DNA of 64,000 nucleotides from Eledone cirrhosa (lineage: Eukaryota). The position numbers were made by a program, and so were the translations under genes. The notes below the pieces were generated by a model, which made no database searches, had not been told where the DNA came from, and saw only the letters and a program-made list of their open reading frames with translations. The stretch is taken from contig OZ024743.1 in assembly GCA_964016885.1 (NCBI GenBank), positions 190,464,001 to 190,528,000 on the forward strand, read 5' to 3'. This document shows positions 1 to 11,351 of this stretch, piece by piece (positions within the stretch are counted from its first letter, which is position 1; each line of letters begins with the position of its first letter).

Positions 1-604
1 TTTGAACACATAGCACGCAAAGAGGTGGGATGAATACCATAAAGCATTCTATCCGATGTCTTAACAATCTGAAGAACTAATGGAAACTAAAATACTTTTA
101 AAATCTAATTAGAACAAACTCGTTTACAGAGGCTATTAATAGAAAGTAACATATATGGGAATAGGGGAACTGGAAAATGTAGGTGGATCCAATAATAAAA
201 AAGAGATACTTATACGCAGCGAACATTTCCTGAATGCGTAAAAATGAAACAATGCTTGCATTTCTAATTTGAACAGTTAAAGCTTCTAAAATACAGAGAG
301 GGAGCGGTGGAAATCATCTGATGTAATGATAAAATGTGGTCATCAAGAATATGAAACAGTCTTCCATCAATTCTTGCTGGCATTTCAGTCCCCAATTTTA
401 CCTGACATATTCAACTATTATTTATTGTTCATATATAAATAATACATGTATTCAGACTGCTGGAAACACACGATCCCCGATGCTGATCTTATGATGATGT
501 CAATGTGTGTGTGTTAGAGAAAGAAAGGTACATAGAGTAATAGGAAGTTTTATTTGCTTGAGTTTGTCAGACTCTCAGCCAAATGAGTAATAGCTCATAT
601 CACT

Positions 605-878
605 ATCAATGTGCAATGAAATCATTCTCCACGCACTTGTCCAGTATCTGTGCATTACTGATATCTGGAGTTATGTGGAACAACTGTTGTAGTATGGATC
701 TAGTTACCGACCGAGTCCATAGTGAAGATTGCTCCGCCACCTTCTTTTTGCCAGGACGGGCAGGAAATTTTCCTCTATCTGGTGGCGAAAGCGGTTGTGT
801 GTGGACCAGGTTGAAAGGACTGAAAACAGACATTTTTCTTTTTGGCCAATCTGTCATTGACTTTTGCAAGTTTCACTT

Positions 879-880
<2 letters not shown>
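605..880 (+). mobile_element. Old fragment of a Tx1/L1-clade LINE ORF2 C-terminus
   Basis: Translations NEIILHALVQY..DIWSYVEQLL and VWTRLKGLKTDIFLFGQSVIDFCKFHL align with the C-terminus of the 5421-7745 ORF (ETVLHALVQC..LWVYVEHLL; WWTRLKGLKTSTYLFGDALINFFKFHL). Truncated at a (TAG)n tract. Confidence 0.8.
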
Positions 881-935
<55 letters not shown>

Positions 936-962
936 ATAGTAGTAGTAATAATAGTAGTAATT

Positions 963-1001
<39 letters not shown>

Positions 1002-1035
1002 CTAGTAGTAGTAGTAGTTGTTGTTGATGTTGTTG
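879..1035. repeat. (TAG)n microsatellite grading into (TTG)n
   Basis: Seen directly. Confidence 0.95.
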
Positions 1036-2459
1036 TCCTATAATATCAATTGGCCAAAAGCATCATTCATAAATGTACAGAATATTACTAATCCTAGGAA
1101 CCACTTTTAAATTGGCAATAAATACATATGCTTATCAGTATTTCTTTGGTCACTGGTTGTAATCATTTCATCTTACATATATTTTAATGCCTATACGGAA
1201 AGTCATAAATGTATCGATATATCATTCCCTCTCTGTTTCTCTATTAGAGACATGTTATATAGTGCTTAACAATCCAGCATGAAATGGTTCATGAAAACAT
1301 GGATCTAATACTCATTTCATAGTGTATGATTTATTTTAATCCTACTGTCTTCTGGATTCAAAGTTGCTTTCTTTTTCTACTTCAATGTAAGAAATCATTT
1401 TTTAATGCAGTGTCTAGAAGTATATAGTAATAATCTATGTCAAAATTGATACTGTAATTTAACATGTTGTATAATGCGAAGTGGGAGTCTGTAATGTAGA
1501 TTAATAGAAAGAAAAATCAATGGTCATTTACAAATATATTGAATTTTAATACAGAATATATTGTTCTCAAAGTTTCTTTGGTATGATGGTTAACATTTTT
1601 AAATTGTTGTTAGATATAACATTTCTATAACTTTTTAAAAGGTCAGCAAGCAGCCAAATAAAGCTGAAATATACAAACTGACTACATTTGTTGAATAGAA
1701 CATCTGACTAATATCAAGTACCATGACCCAAAGCTTTAACCTCAAACTGGAAAATGACATTTGTAGCACCTAGACGCCACTTTTTCAGTTGGTTCTACTT
1801 CACTAATCATTATGGAAATGTTCACTGAGCATTCCTGTTTTAAACTGGAAAAATAACCTGGTGATATTTTCTTTCGACAAATGCATGCACATTGTGAAAC
1901 AGACTTCCTGAAATGAAATTAATGGACCAACATCCATTTAGTATATTTATAGAGATACCTTCATACCATATTCATTGAGATATTGAAAATTGCACTAACA
2001 CAATTCACAGATCATTTTTCACATGAGTTGCAGCAATAATGCTCAAATTGTGATTCCACGTCAAAGTTGGTCAAACCAGAGGCACAAAAGCAAAATGGAT
2101 ACAATAATATAAATTTTTTTTTTGTATCATTGACATTTCTTTCTAACAAAATATTTCGAGAAATATATGGGTTTAAATATGAAAAAATATAATCAATAGG
2201 CAGAAGATATTACAATTAATAGTTTCGTACAAGATTTAGAAAGAGAGATGTGAAATTTCTTCCGGGTGCTAGTAAGCTGCAGCCATCTGAAGCTTTTTTC
2301 AGCGTGTACTCTGAGAATACACTAATGAATAAATAAATTGAAATAATCAGACAAGACTCTGAATGGCTGCATGAATGAATTGGTGATTGCTGGAGTGTGT
2401 ATTACATGTAATTATTTCAAGTTTAGAGTAGTTCATAAATTTCTGAGCATGTGAGAAGG

Positions 2460-2580
2460 TGCATGGGTTAGTGGTTTCAGATTTTGATTTGCAAACATGA
2501 GGTTGCAAGTTGGATTCCCGGACTGAGTGATGCACTGTGTCCTTGAGCAAGATTCTTCGTTTCACATTGCTCTTTCTTCT
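2460..2580 (+). mobile_element. Diverged tRNA-derived SINE 5' fragment (family of 37861-38260)
   Basis: TAGTGGTT A-box-like, GTTGGATTCC B-box-like and TGTCCTTGAGCAAG, matching the 37861 copy. Confidence 0.55.
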
Positions 2581-3060
2581 AGGAGTGATAACTGGCTATT
2601 AGTATCAGCAACGGAAAGACCAATCGAAACATTGTTTCCTTGGTCAGATTTGTCAAGTTCCACCCGAGTCGATAAGCAAATGAGGTCTGGCATCTTGTCA
2701 ATCGATAAAGGAAAATAAATAGCATGCATTTAAGTATCAAGGATACAATGGAGTATGCAGCATTGATAGATGATTTGATAAATTATTTAATCTCATGTAC
2801 TTATATAATATGAATACATTTCTTGGTTGAAAGTTCTTTGTAAAACAAGAGAAATTAAAAGCCACCTATAGAGGTCATCCATCTGTAATGATAAAGTAAT
2901 ATGGATGATGTCTCTAGCACCGTTATTAAAGAATAAACACTCTAAAATCAGATTAGTGTGACACGGTAGAAATGATCCCCAAAATATACACATCCATTAC
3001 ACAAAGTAATAGAATTGAAATACATATACATGCATACACACACACTCACATACACAAAAC

Positions 3061-3063
<3 letters not shown>

Positions 3064-3110
<47 letters not shown>
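3064..3110. repeat. (TA)n microsatellite
   Basis: Seen directly. Confidence 0.95.
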
Positions 3111-3117
<7 letters not shown>

Positions 3118-3297
3118 GAATATGTATCGTTTTCCACAGAAACAATATAAAAAGTTAAAACCATAGGTGGAGAGGTTAAATACACCTCAAAATAGAGTAA
3201 TCTATGATAATAAGCAAAACAAAAGGCTATGTATCAACCCTTCTGAAAGAATTTTCCAAACATTCTGTATACAAACTCCTATTGTGCCAAAAATAAC

Positions 3298-3566
3298 AAA
3301 TACACTAGCTGCAAATTATTCACTAAAAAAAGACACCAAATACATTAATACATTAAATGCTGATTAACGAACATTTCATCCCCTCCCGTTACTTTTCAAA
3401 ATCCAATATTGAATATAGAAACCTCATTATAATCTCACCGCAAAACATTACAGCCAACGGTCAAAGGAGTTGTTTACACTTTTAAAACATACAAAGATAC
3501 GCCATATTGGTTAGATTAATATATTTGGTGTCTTTTTTTAATGAATAATTTGCTTCTAGTGTATTG
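3298..3566. repeat. ~52-bp inverted repeat pair (3298-3349 / 3515-3566)
   Basis: AATACACTAGCTGCAAATTATTCACTAAAAAAAGACACCAAATACATTAAT recurs as the reverse complement ATTAATATATTTGGTGTCTTTTTTTAATGAATAATTTGCTTCTAGTGTATT with few mismatches. Confidence 0.8.
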
Positions 3567-4184
3567 GTGTGTTGCTGTGTTGCTTGAGAAGAAGCGAGAA
3601 TATATTTGAATTCATAGAAAATTGAGAAAACTCAAAAGAAAACTGTTAATGATAGCAATGGGCAAAAATGCCAGAGTTTGGCAGAGTTTGGCAGAGGGAC
3701 AATCTCCGAGGAGGGTGGAAGACAGAGAAAATATAAGACGATCGAGACCGGAGTGGAAGAAGTAGAAGTGTGTTAGAACACAACAGGTCTCAACTAGTTG
3801 GTTTCAACAAGGAAAAAAGATCACTTTCATCTGCCTTTCCAACTGGTACTTAAAACAATTGATGAGGGATTGGCCGAAGAGGAAAGAGTCTGTTTTCAGT
3901 ACACAACCTCTTTCGCTACAGCTACCAGACAGTGGAAAACTGCCATAAGAAGGTGATGGAACGATCTATACAATGGACTTGATCGATAACCGGATCCATC
4001 CTACATGCGATAACAACTGTTCAACATAACTCCACAAGTTAGTAATACACTGGCACTGATTGAGTGTGTGAAGAATGGTTTCGTCATTACGCCCGCATCT
4101 TGGACATCGTGGAATTGCCACTCACCGTATTGCCTAATTGGTAGAAGTCTGTGATGAAAATGGTCACAATTCATTAAGGAACGA

Positions 4185-4975
4185 AGGAAGAGGTTACATT
4201 CAGTGACAAAGGAAAGTAGGAAGTTTGTGGAAGAACTGGGCATATCATTTGAAAATGATAATGGCAATTCTGCAATTAAAGCAGCAAAGAATATCAAAGT
4301 GTGGGCAAATTATGAAGGCCAACAGAGCCTGTGCACTAAACAGATACAAACACCACTGCATGGGCAATATGTTCCCCCTGTAGCAAAGAACCTGATGTAG
4401 ATCAAGCTTTCACCCATCAGTGGCTATGAATTTCTGGGCTAAAGACAGAGAATGAAGGTTTCATTTTAGCTGCTCAAGACCAATGTCTCTCAACGTGCAG
4501 CTTTCAAGCCAATATGATCAGAAATGGAACTGATCAAAAGTGTCAATTCTGTGATGACCATGTTGAGACTATAGACCACCTGGTTTCAAGCTGCCAGGTA
4601 TTAGTTGCCCAGGAATATAAAACGAGGCACTATATAGTGGGGCACTACTTATACTGGATAATGTTCATGTTTTATGGTCTGAAAACGAAGGCGAAATGGT
4701 ACAACGATCACCTAGATGCAGTTACAAGAGGCGAGAATGCAACAAGCCACTGGGATTTCCCTGTGAATACTGACAGAACAATTAAGGCCGATAAAACTGA
4801 TATAATTGTGAAGGACCATAAAGTGAAAACATGTTTCTGAATTGACATAAGCATTCCATCAGATCGTAACATTTACTCGAAATAGTTCGGAAAGCTCATA
4901 AAGTATAAAGATCAATTGAAAATGAGAAATGTGGTATCTTAAAGCCTGTAAAATACCAGTGATAGTCGGCGCACT
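4185..4975 (+). mobile_element. R4/Dong-clade (RLE) non-LTR retrotransposon, family A, decayed 3' part; interrupted
   Basis: PLHGQY, AAQDQ, CCHC knuckle CQFC..ETIDHLVSSC, RH..VGH, WDFPVNTDRTIKADKTDII and PVIVGALG, typical of the RLE domain of R4/Dong elements. Stops and frameshifts present. Confidence 0.8.
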
Positions 4976-5136
4976 TGGAACACTTCAAAAGACACGCTTG
5001 CTGGGAACAGCAAGAACCCTCCGATACGTCCTGAATATCTGAGGCTGCAGGTAGCGGCTTGATACTCATTTCAACAAACTTTCCAGTTAAATAACATCAA
5101 TGTTCGAGAACAATAATAACATCAACGACGAAGAAC
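4976..5136 (+). mobile_element. Extreme 3' fragment of R4/Dong family B with AAC/AAT tail
   Basis: GGAACACTTCAAAAG...GGGAACAGCAAGAACCCTCCGATACGTCCTGAATATCTGA...CAAACTTTCCAGTTAA is near-identical to 17709-17833. Confidence 0.85.
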
Positions 5137-5178
5137 AATAATAATAATAATAATAATAATATTAATAATAATAATAAT
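5137..5178. repeat. (AAT)n tract between Dong-B tail and Tx1 copy 1
   Basis: Seen directly. Confidence 0.95.
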
Positions 5179-5420
5179 GTTTTCTTTATTAACCACAAGG
5201 GTTCACATAAAGTAGACATTAAGGACAGTACAGGACAATACAGGACGGTACAAATGGGCATTTCTGCGTGTAAAAAACAGAGGTTGAAATAAAATAACAA
5301 AGAAAAATTCCCCAATAGGGGGGAGACTTCCAAGGGACATTTGTGGAGAAAGCCCATTAAAAGACCACAGTGGCCCTGACCACCAGGGCAAGTGCCCTCT
5401 CCCAGTTTTCCACCTTTAAT

Positions 5421-8400
5421 TTACAGACACATACTCAGAGAAGGCCCATTCATTCGGGCCATACTTGCTTCTCTCACCCATCTTTCAACAAAATGCTGGG
5501 AAGAGAGCACTTCCCTCTCTACCCTGATTTTCCTTTTCAAATGAAATTTGAAAAAGTTAATCAGGGCATCACCGAAGAGGTAAGTGCTCGTCTTCAGCCC
5601 TTTCAAACGTGTCCACCATACTATCTCTTTCGCCATGGCCACCAGACAGATAAAAACTGCCTGCCCTTCCAGGCTAAAGGAAGGGGGCGGGGCAATCCTC
5701 ACGATGGACCCAGCTGATAGCTGGATAGGTCCTACACGTGACAGCAGGTGTTCGACATAAACCCACAAGTCAGCAATGCTCGGACACTGGACGAGTGCGT
5801 GCAGGACGGTTTCGTCGCCCTGCGCGCATCTCGGACATGCCCGGCTGACGGCACCTCCATGCCTGTAGAGTTTATCCCGAACTGGCAAAGCTCCTCGGTA
5901 GCACTGCCAGGCCAGGGATTTCTGGAAGTTGTCCATAGGCCCCGGCCCGAAAGTCCTTCCGAAGAGATTGGCTAGTTGATTTTCGTCGACGCCTAGAGTT
6001 TCTCCAAGTACGTCGTCGCTCTTTCCCTCCACTAATCCCCTATAGAACGCCAAGGTGGAGTTTCCACCGATCACATTGCCCGATTGGTCGAGGGCTGTGA
6101 GCGCCTGAAGACATTCCAGTCTGCAAGCGCTCCCTCTCGGTCTTCGCTTGACCCAGGACTGCAGCTCCGTCAAGGAGACGAGCTGGGGAAAAACATGTCT
6201 TGCAAACGGCGACCACACCTGATCACCGTCGAGGAAGAGGTGGAGATGTCGTAGCCTGAGCGCGTGTCTGCGCATCATCAGCCACGGCATGCCCAGCCCT
6301 CCACGTAGCGGGTGTTGACAGCAGATGGACCGCCTGACCATCGGAGCGCGTCCCTTCCACAAGAAGCGAAAGAGCAAACGCTCCAGCGCAGTCAGACGGG
6401 GCTTAGGACAAGGTACGACGGTCAGGCGGTAGTAGATGACGGATGCGATGTACGCATTCGCCACCTCCGCTCGACCTTTCAGGGATAGCTTCCTCTCGGC
6501 CCATTTCTGGGTGAGAGAAGCCACCCTGCTCGTCACCTCGTCCCAGTTTTTGTCCGTCTGAAGGTCTGGACCGAACCAGACCCCTAGCAATTTAACCGGT
6601 CCGTCCGTCCAGCGCCCGACGACGCTGTTGGACGGCATGGACCTGCCTCTCCAGGTGTCGAGCTGCATGCCCACTGACTTTTCCTGGTTGATCATTGCTC
6701 CTGTCACCGCTTCGTATTCTCTTAGTGTAGTGCTGATCGCCTCGATGTGTTTGGCGTTCGACACCACTACTGTGACATCGTCGGCATATGCTGACACGGA
6801 TCTTCCGCATCCTAGTTCGCGCGGGACCCCCCTCAACGTCTCCAGTTTGTGCAGTAATGGCTCGAGAGTCAATACGTACAATAGGAACGAGAGGGGACAT
6901 CCTTGGCGGACCGAGCGCATGATGTTGAACGGTTCCGAAAGGTGACCGTTCACTCTCACTACAGAGCAGATGTCGCTGTGCATGGCAGCGATCCAGCCTC
7001 TGAAGACGGGCCCAAAGCCAGCCGCCCTCAGGACTGCCGTTAGGTAACGATGGTCGACCCTATCGAAGGCTTTCGACTGATCTAAATTGATCAAAGACCC
7101 ACCCGTGCCAGGTTCCCTAGCTACCCTCTCTACGATGTATCGCATGGGGTGGGGGTTGTCGTGGATGGATCTGTCGGGAATGGCGCATGTCTGTGCCTCT
7201 CCCACCAGACCACCAACGACAAGCGCCAACCTCTTTGCTAGCACCTTGGCCAAAATCTTGAACTCTGTGTTTAGCAGAGTTATGGGCCTAAAATTATCTA
7301 TGTTATCCCCCTTGTTCGGATCCTTTCTCAGCAGCGCCACCGCTCCTCGGCTCACAGAGCTGGGAATTCTCCCGTTCTGTTGCCAGTTGCAGTAGACGTC
7401 CGCCAAGAGGCCTCCGAACAAGTTTGGCATTTGTACGTAAAGTTCATAGGGCAGACCATCCAAACCAGGCGATTTACCCCTTGTGCAACTAGTCATTGCA
7501 TCCCGTACTTCAGCGGTTGTTATCGGCTTCTCGCAACACTCCGCCTCAGTGGCCGAAAGCCGCGGCAGTCCGTCGAGGTAGACACTAAAGTCCATCCCTC
7601 GATCCGGCCCGCCACTGCCCCCGAACAGTTGAGCGAAGTGTCGCTGAAAAGCTTCACACATTTGCCCGGGATCGAGTAGCATGCGCCCGTCGTGGTCCAC
7701 CAAAGACCGGATCGTGGCTTTGTTGCCACGACGCGCCTCCGCCACTCGGGCCCATTAAACGGCTTTCGTCCCCTCGTGTCTGAGAGCACGCACCCTAGCT
7801 CTGACAACGCAGCCTTCGTGCTTTGCATTGAAGAATTGGTCAAGGGCCAATTTCGCCGCAAGTACGTCGGTCGCGATGCCTTTGCTAAGCGCCTCATCTA
7901 ATTTTCAAACTAATTCTCCCTCTGCTCTATTTTTCTCTATTGCTAAAGTCTTACTAAACCTAATGGACTCTATTCTAATTGCTCTTTTCAGAGCAAACCA
8001 CCACTTGTTGTTGACGATGGCCCCCGTCAACGCCCGCTTAACTAGTTCGCTAATCAGGTCTCTGTAGGCCTTGCGCGCTGGTAAGGACGCGTTTAGCTTC
8101 CAGTAGCCGGGTCCTCGTCTATGAAGCCTATCTAAGTCAAGCACACAGATCACGAATTTGTGGTCCGTGTAGCTGACTATCTTGAATTGTGGACAGCCTA
8201 TGCTAGACCTATCTATTTCCCTACAAAATACTCTATCTAGATATGATCTGGATGACCCTATGCGATTTGTTCAAGTCCACATTGGTACATTCGGGAAATC
8301 CATTCGGTACCTGTCAGACAGTTCAAAACGTCTGAGCAGGTTGGTGAGACTCTTGCACCCTCCTTCCCTATCCACCAATCCCACACAATCCCAGCGTGCA

Positions 8401-8841
8401 TCTAAGATCCCGTTCCAGTCGCCCACTAACACTAAAGAGCGGGACGTTCCAAGAAAGGTCTCCAGACGCCGGAAGAAATCAGGCCGCCCTGCTCCTGTCG
8501 GGGCATAGACGGCCACTAACCTGAAAGCTTGCCCGTCTCCGCTGGTCACGTCCAGCACCACCAACTTACCTTCTGGGTCCAGGAAGAAGGCCCGTATGGC
8601 AAGATCCAAACCTCTCCGAAAAAGCACAGCAACTCCTCCCACCCTATCCCGGACGGCTGGGAGATGCGTACACATCGTAGCCGCCAAAGATCGGTGCGAA
8701 AGCCTGTGCTTCGGAGATTCTGGTCTCGCTGATGGCCACTACATCTATGTTTAGTGACCTGAGGTCGTTGAGCAGGTGGCCCTGCTTCCATGACGACCCC
8801 AAGCCACGCGCATTTATGCTGCCTATTCTGAGTGAGGTCAT
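5421..8841 (-). pseudogene. Tx1 copy 1 ORF2: apurinic-like endonuclease + reverse transcriptase + C-terminal Cys/His finger
   Basis: APE motifs SINARGL, SET, VYAP, GDWN, SYLDR, TDH; GPGYWKLN; RT motifs KSPGLDG, FRPITLLN, LDQSKAFDRVDH, VRQGCPLS, YADD; CPRC..ETVLHALVQC. One frameshift (~8645) and two in-frame TGA (8271, 7905) relative to copy 2. Confidence 0.92.
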
Positions 8842-8875
8842 GTTGAAAAGGAGTGGAAAAGATGGGAAAGACCAC

Positions 8876-10873
8876 TTACCTTACTTCTCGTAGGGGAAGG
8901 ACGGCTTTCCCATCCTTTTCACTGCTTGTGGCCTCCTCAGGAAGGATGTCCTTATAAATCCTCCTGGAGAGTGCTTGTCGGAAGTCTCCGATGTCTTTGG
9001 GGAATTTTTGTTTTAGTGTCATGTACGTTTTCTGTGTGATGCGAGTGATTTGTATGTGTGGAGGTGGTGTGAATTTTGGGGTTGTTGTGTAGTCTTTTTC
9101 TGTGATGCTGGTGTTGTGTTGGATGTAGTGTAATAATTGCTTGTTGTTCAAATTTAATGCTGTGTAGTGTGTATCGTTTTGGTTGTTTTGTTTTGTTTGC
9201 GTTTGTTGTGGGTTTGTTTCTGTTTCGCATTTTGGTGACTTTTGTGGTGTAGGTGATGGTGGTGTTGGAGTTAATGATGGTGATGGTGTTGGTGTTTGGG
9301 TTGATGGGGTTGGTGATGCTGGTGTGGATGGTGGCATATCTGTCCTAACTTTTTTGTTTCTTAGTTTATTTGTTTCCCTCTGTATTTTGTTTTTGGAGGG
9401 GGAAGGAAGAGAATTTTTTCTTTTTTGGTTTCTTTTTTTTTTTCCGGATATCATTTCCCACTCCTCGTCGTCACAATCTGTCTCCAGTTGTGATAGGCCG
9501 GGGAGTGGAAAATCCTCCACAGCCGTTAGTTTTGGTTGTGGTGTGGTCGATGGTGTAGGCGCTGGTGCTAGTTCTGAAGCGTTGGGTGGTGGTAGTGTTG
9601 GTTTTGCTGGTGGTGGTAGTGGTGTTGGTTTTGCTACTGCTGCTGGGGTTGTTGCTGTTATAGTTGCTTCTGTTGTTGCTGCTACAGTTGTTGCTGCCAT
9701 CTCTGCTACTGGTGGTGTTGATGGTTGTGTCACTGGGGTGGGTAGGAGAGGTGGCCTCAACCTTTTAGCCTGAGGGCAGAAAGCCCTTAGGTGGGTTCCT
9801 TCACCACAAACGACACACCTAGGTCTTCTGCCCTCGACAATTACCGTGAGGTGGCTGCCGTCAGTGAGGTCTATTACCTCTGGGATCTCCTCAATGCTTT
9901 TTTGGTCCGCTTGGATCAGGAGCTCCATCCCAGATCCGGACCAGTTTTCCTGCTTTTCTTTTGCTACTGCTATTATTTTCGTGTTGGCTTCGATGCCGGC
10001 GAGGACAGCCGCTATTAGCCAGGGAATTTCGATGGCCGGTGGAACGTGGGTCACCCTGATCTTTACGAGTCTCTGGCCACAATAGCTTGGGACGAGTGTG
10101 AGGTCGTCACTTTTTAATGGGGCCATGGAGTGTTCTCTAGCCTCCTCTGGTGTTTCAAAGAACACATCCACGGTTCCATACTTTTGCCCACGTCTGATGT
10201 GGGTTTTTCTTGCCCACACATGTCCCAAAGCTTTTTGGATTTGGGACTCGGATGCCCGTTCCACTCGGCGCGATTTTACATTTATTGTTCTATACGACAC
10301 GGTGCACAGGCGCCGATGCTCCATTTTATTAGGGGGGGGGGGGGGTGAGGCTGACCCTGTACCCATCTTTCTTTACCATTTGTTTGGCATTTTCTAAATC
10401 TTCTTGAGTTACCGTGAACGCTTCGAATTGTTTTGCTACGATGGCGAAACTGAGGGTCGGTTTTATAATGTCATTGTTGTTGTTGTTGCTATCGTTATTT
10501 CTGTTAATCTTAATTTTTGTTTCAGTTGTGGTGGTGGTGACGTCATTCGTCTTTGGTGCGGAAGAGTCCATTTTGCTTGATTTCATTTCGACATCACGAG
10601 TTAATTTATTTTTTTCTTCTTTTGTTTCTGTTGTCGCGGTGGTGGTGGGGTGGTGGTTGTCGCGGTGGTGGTGGTGGTGGAGGCTTTAACACCTGCAGTC
10701 ATTGGTAATGGCGGGAAATGAATGTCTGCCTGAGACAAATTTAAAATATTGCTACTGCTTATATTTTTTTTTGTGTTGGCAAACGTAGTAACATTTACAA
10801 TGGTGGTGTCGGTGTGAGGTGTTATTTTGTGAGGAAGGCTTTCAGCTGCTTCGTGCAGAGGGGAATTAGCCAT
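8876..10873 (-). pseudogene. Tx1 copy 1 ORF1 (nucleic-acid-binding, gag-like CCHC zinc knuckle, Pro/Thr-rich, basic NLS-like patch)
   Basis: CVVCGEGTHLRAFC (Cx2Cx4Hx4C) and KKKRNQKRK. The N-terminal part is split by frameshifts in low-complexity tracts (~10610-10680 and the G-run at 10332-10345). Confidence 0.8.
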
Positions 10874-11081
10874 TTTTTTTCAAAGAAATTTTTGGATAAT
10901 AATAAAAGTTAAAATTTTGGGCACAAGGCCCCAATCTTTTTGGGTGTCCTTTTCGGAAAACAATGTATGTGTGCTTATAAACAGTTAACAATAAAATTTT
11001 CCATAAATGGCAATTTTTAACAAACGGAAATAACAAACCTTTGCGGAGCTCACGATGATACGATTTACTACGTAGGTCGCC

Positions 11082-11108
11082 AATAATAATAATAATAATA
11101 ATAATAAT
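11082..11108. repeat. (AAT)9 joining Tx1 copy 1 5' end and copy 2 3' end
   Basis: Seen directly. Confidence 0.95.
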
Positions 11109-11351
11109 GTTTTCTTTATTAATCACAAGGGTTTACATAAAGTAGACATTAAGGACAGTACAGGACAATACAGGACGGTACAAATGAGCATTTCGGCGTG
11201 TAAAAAAACAGAGGATGTAATAAAAATAACAATGAAAAATTCTCCAATAAGGGGGAGACTTCCGAGGGACATTTGTTGAGAAAGCCCATTAAAAGACAAC
11301 AGTGACCCTGACCACCACGGCAAGTGCCCTCTCCCAGTTTTCCACCTTTAA

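Larger units (their letters stand above)
5179..11081 (-). mobile_element. Full-length Tx1/L1-clade LINE, copy 1 (~5.9 kb)
   Basis: 5'UTR, ORF1 with CCHC knuckle, ORF2 APE-RT-Cys finger, and 3'UTR ending AATAAAGAAAAC-(ATT)n. Bounded by (AAT)n on both sides. Confidence 0.92.

Noticed and set aside
3960-4180. LTR-retrotransposon RT fragment on the minus strand
   Set aside because: Only vague resemblance, with no diagnostic motif.
7905-8273. In-frame TGA codons in Tx1 copy 1 ORF2 as programmed readthrough
   Set aside because: Copy 2 has TGG and AGA at these positions, so they are ordinary nonsense mutations.
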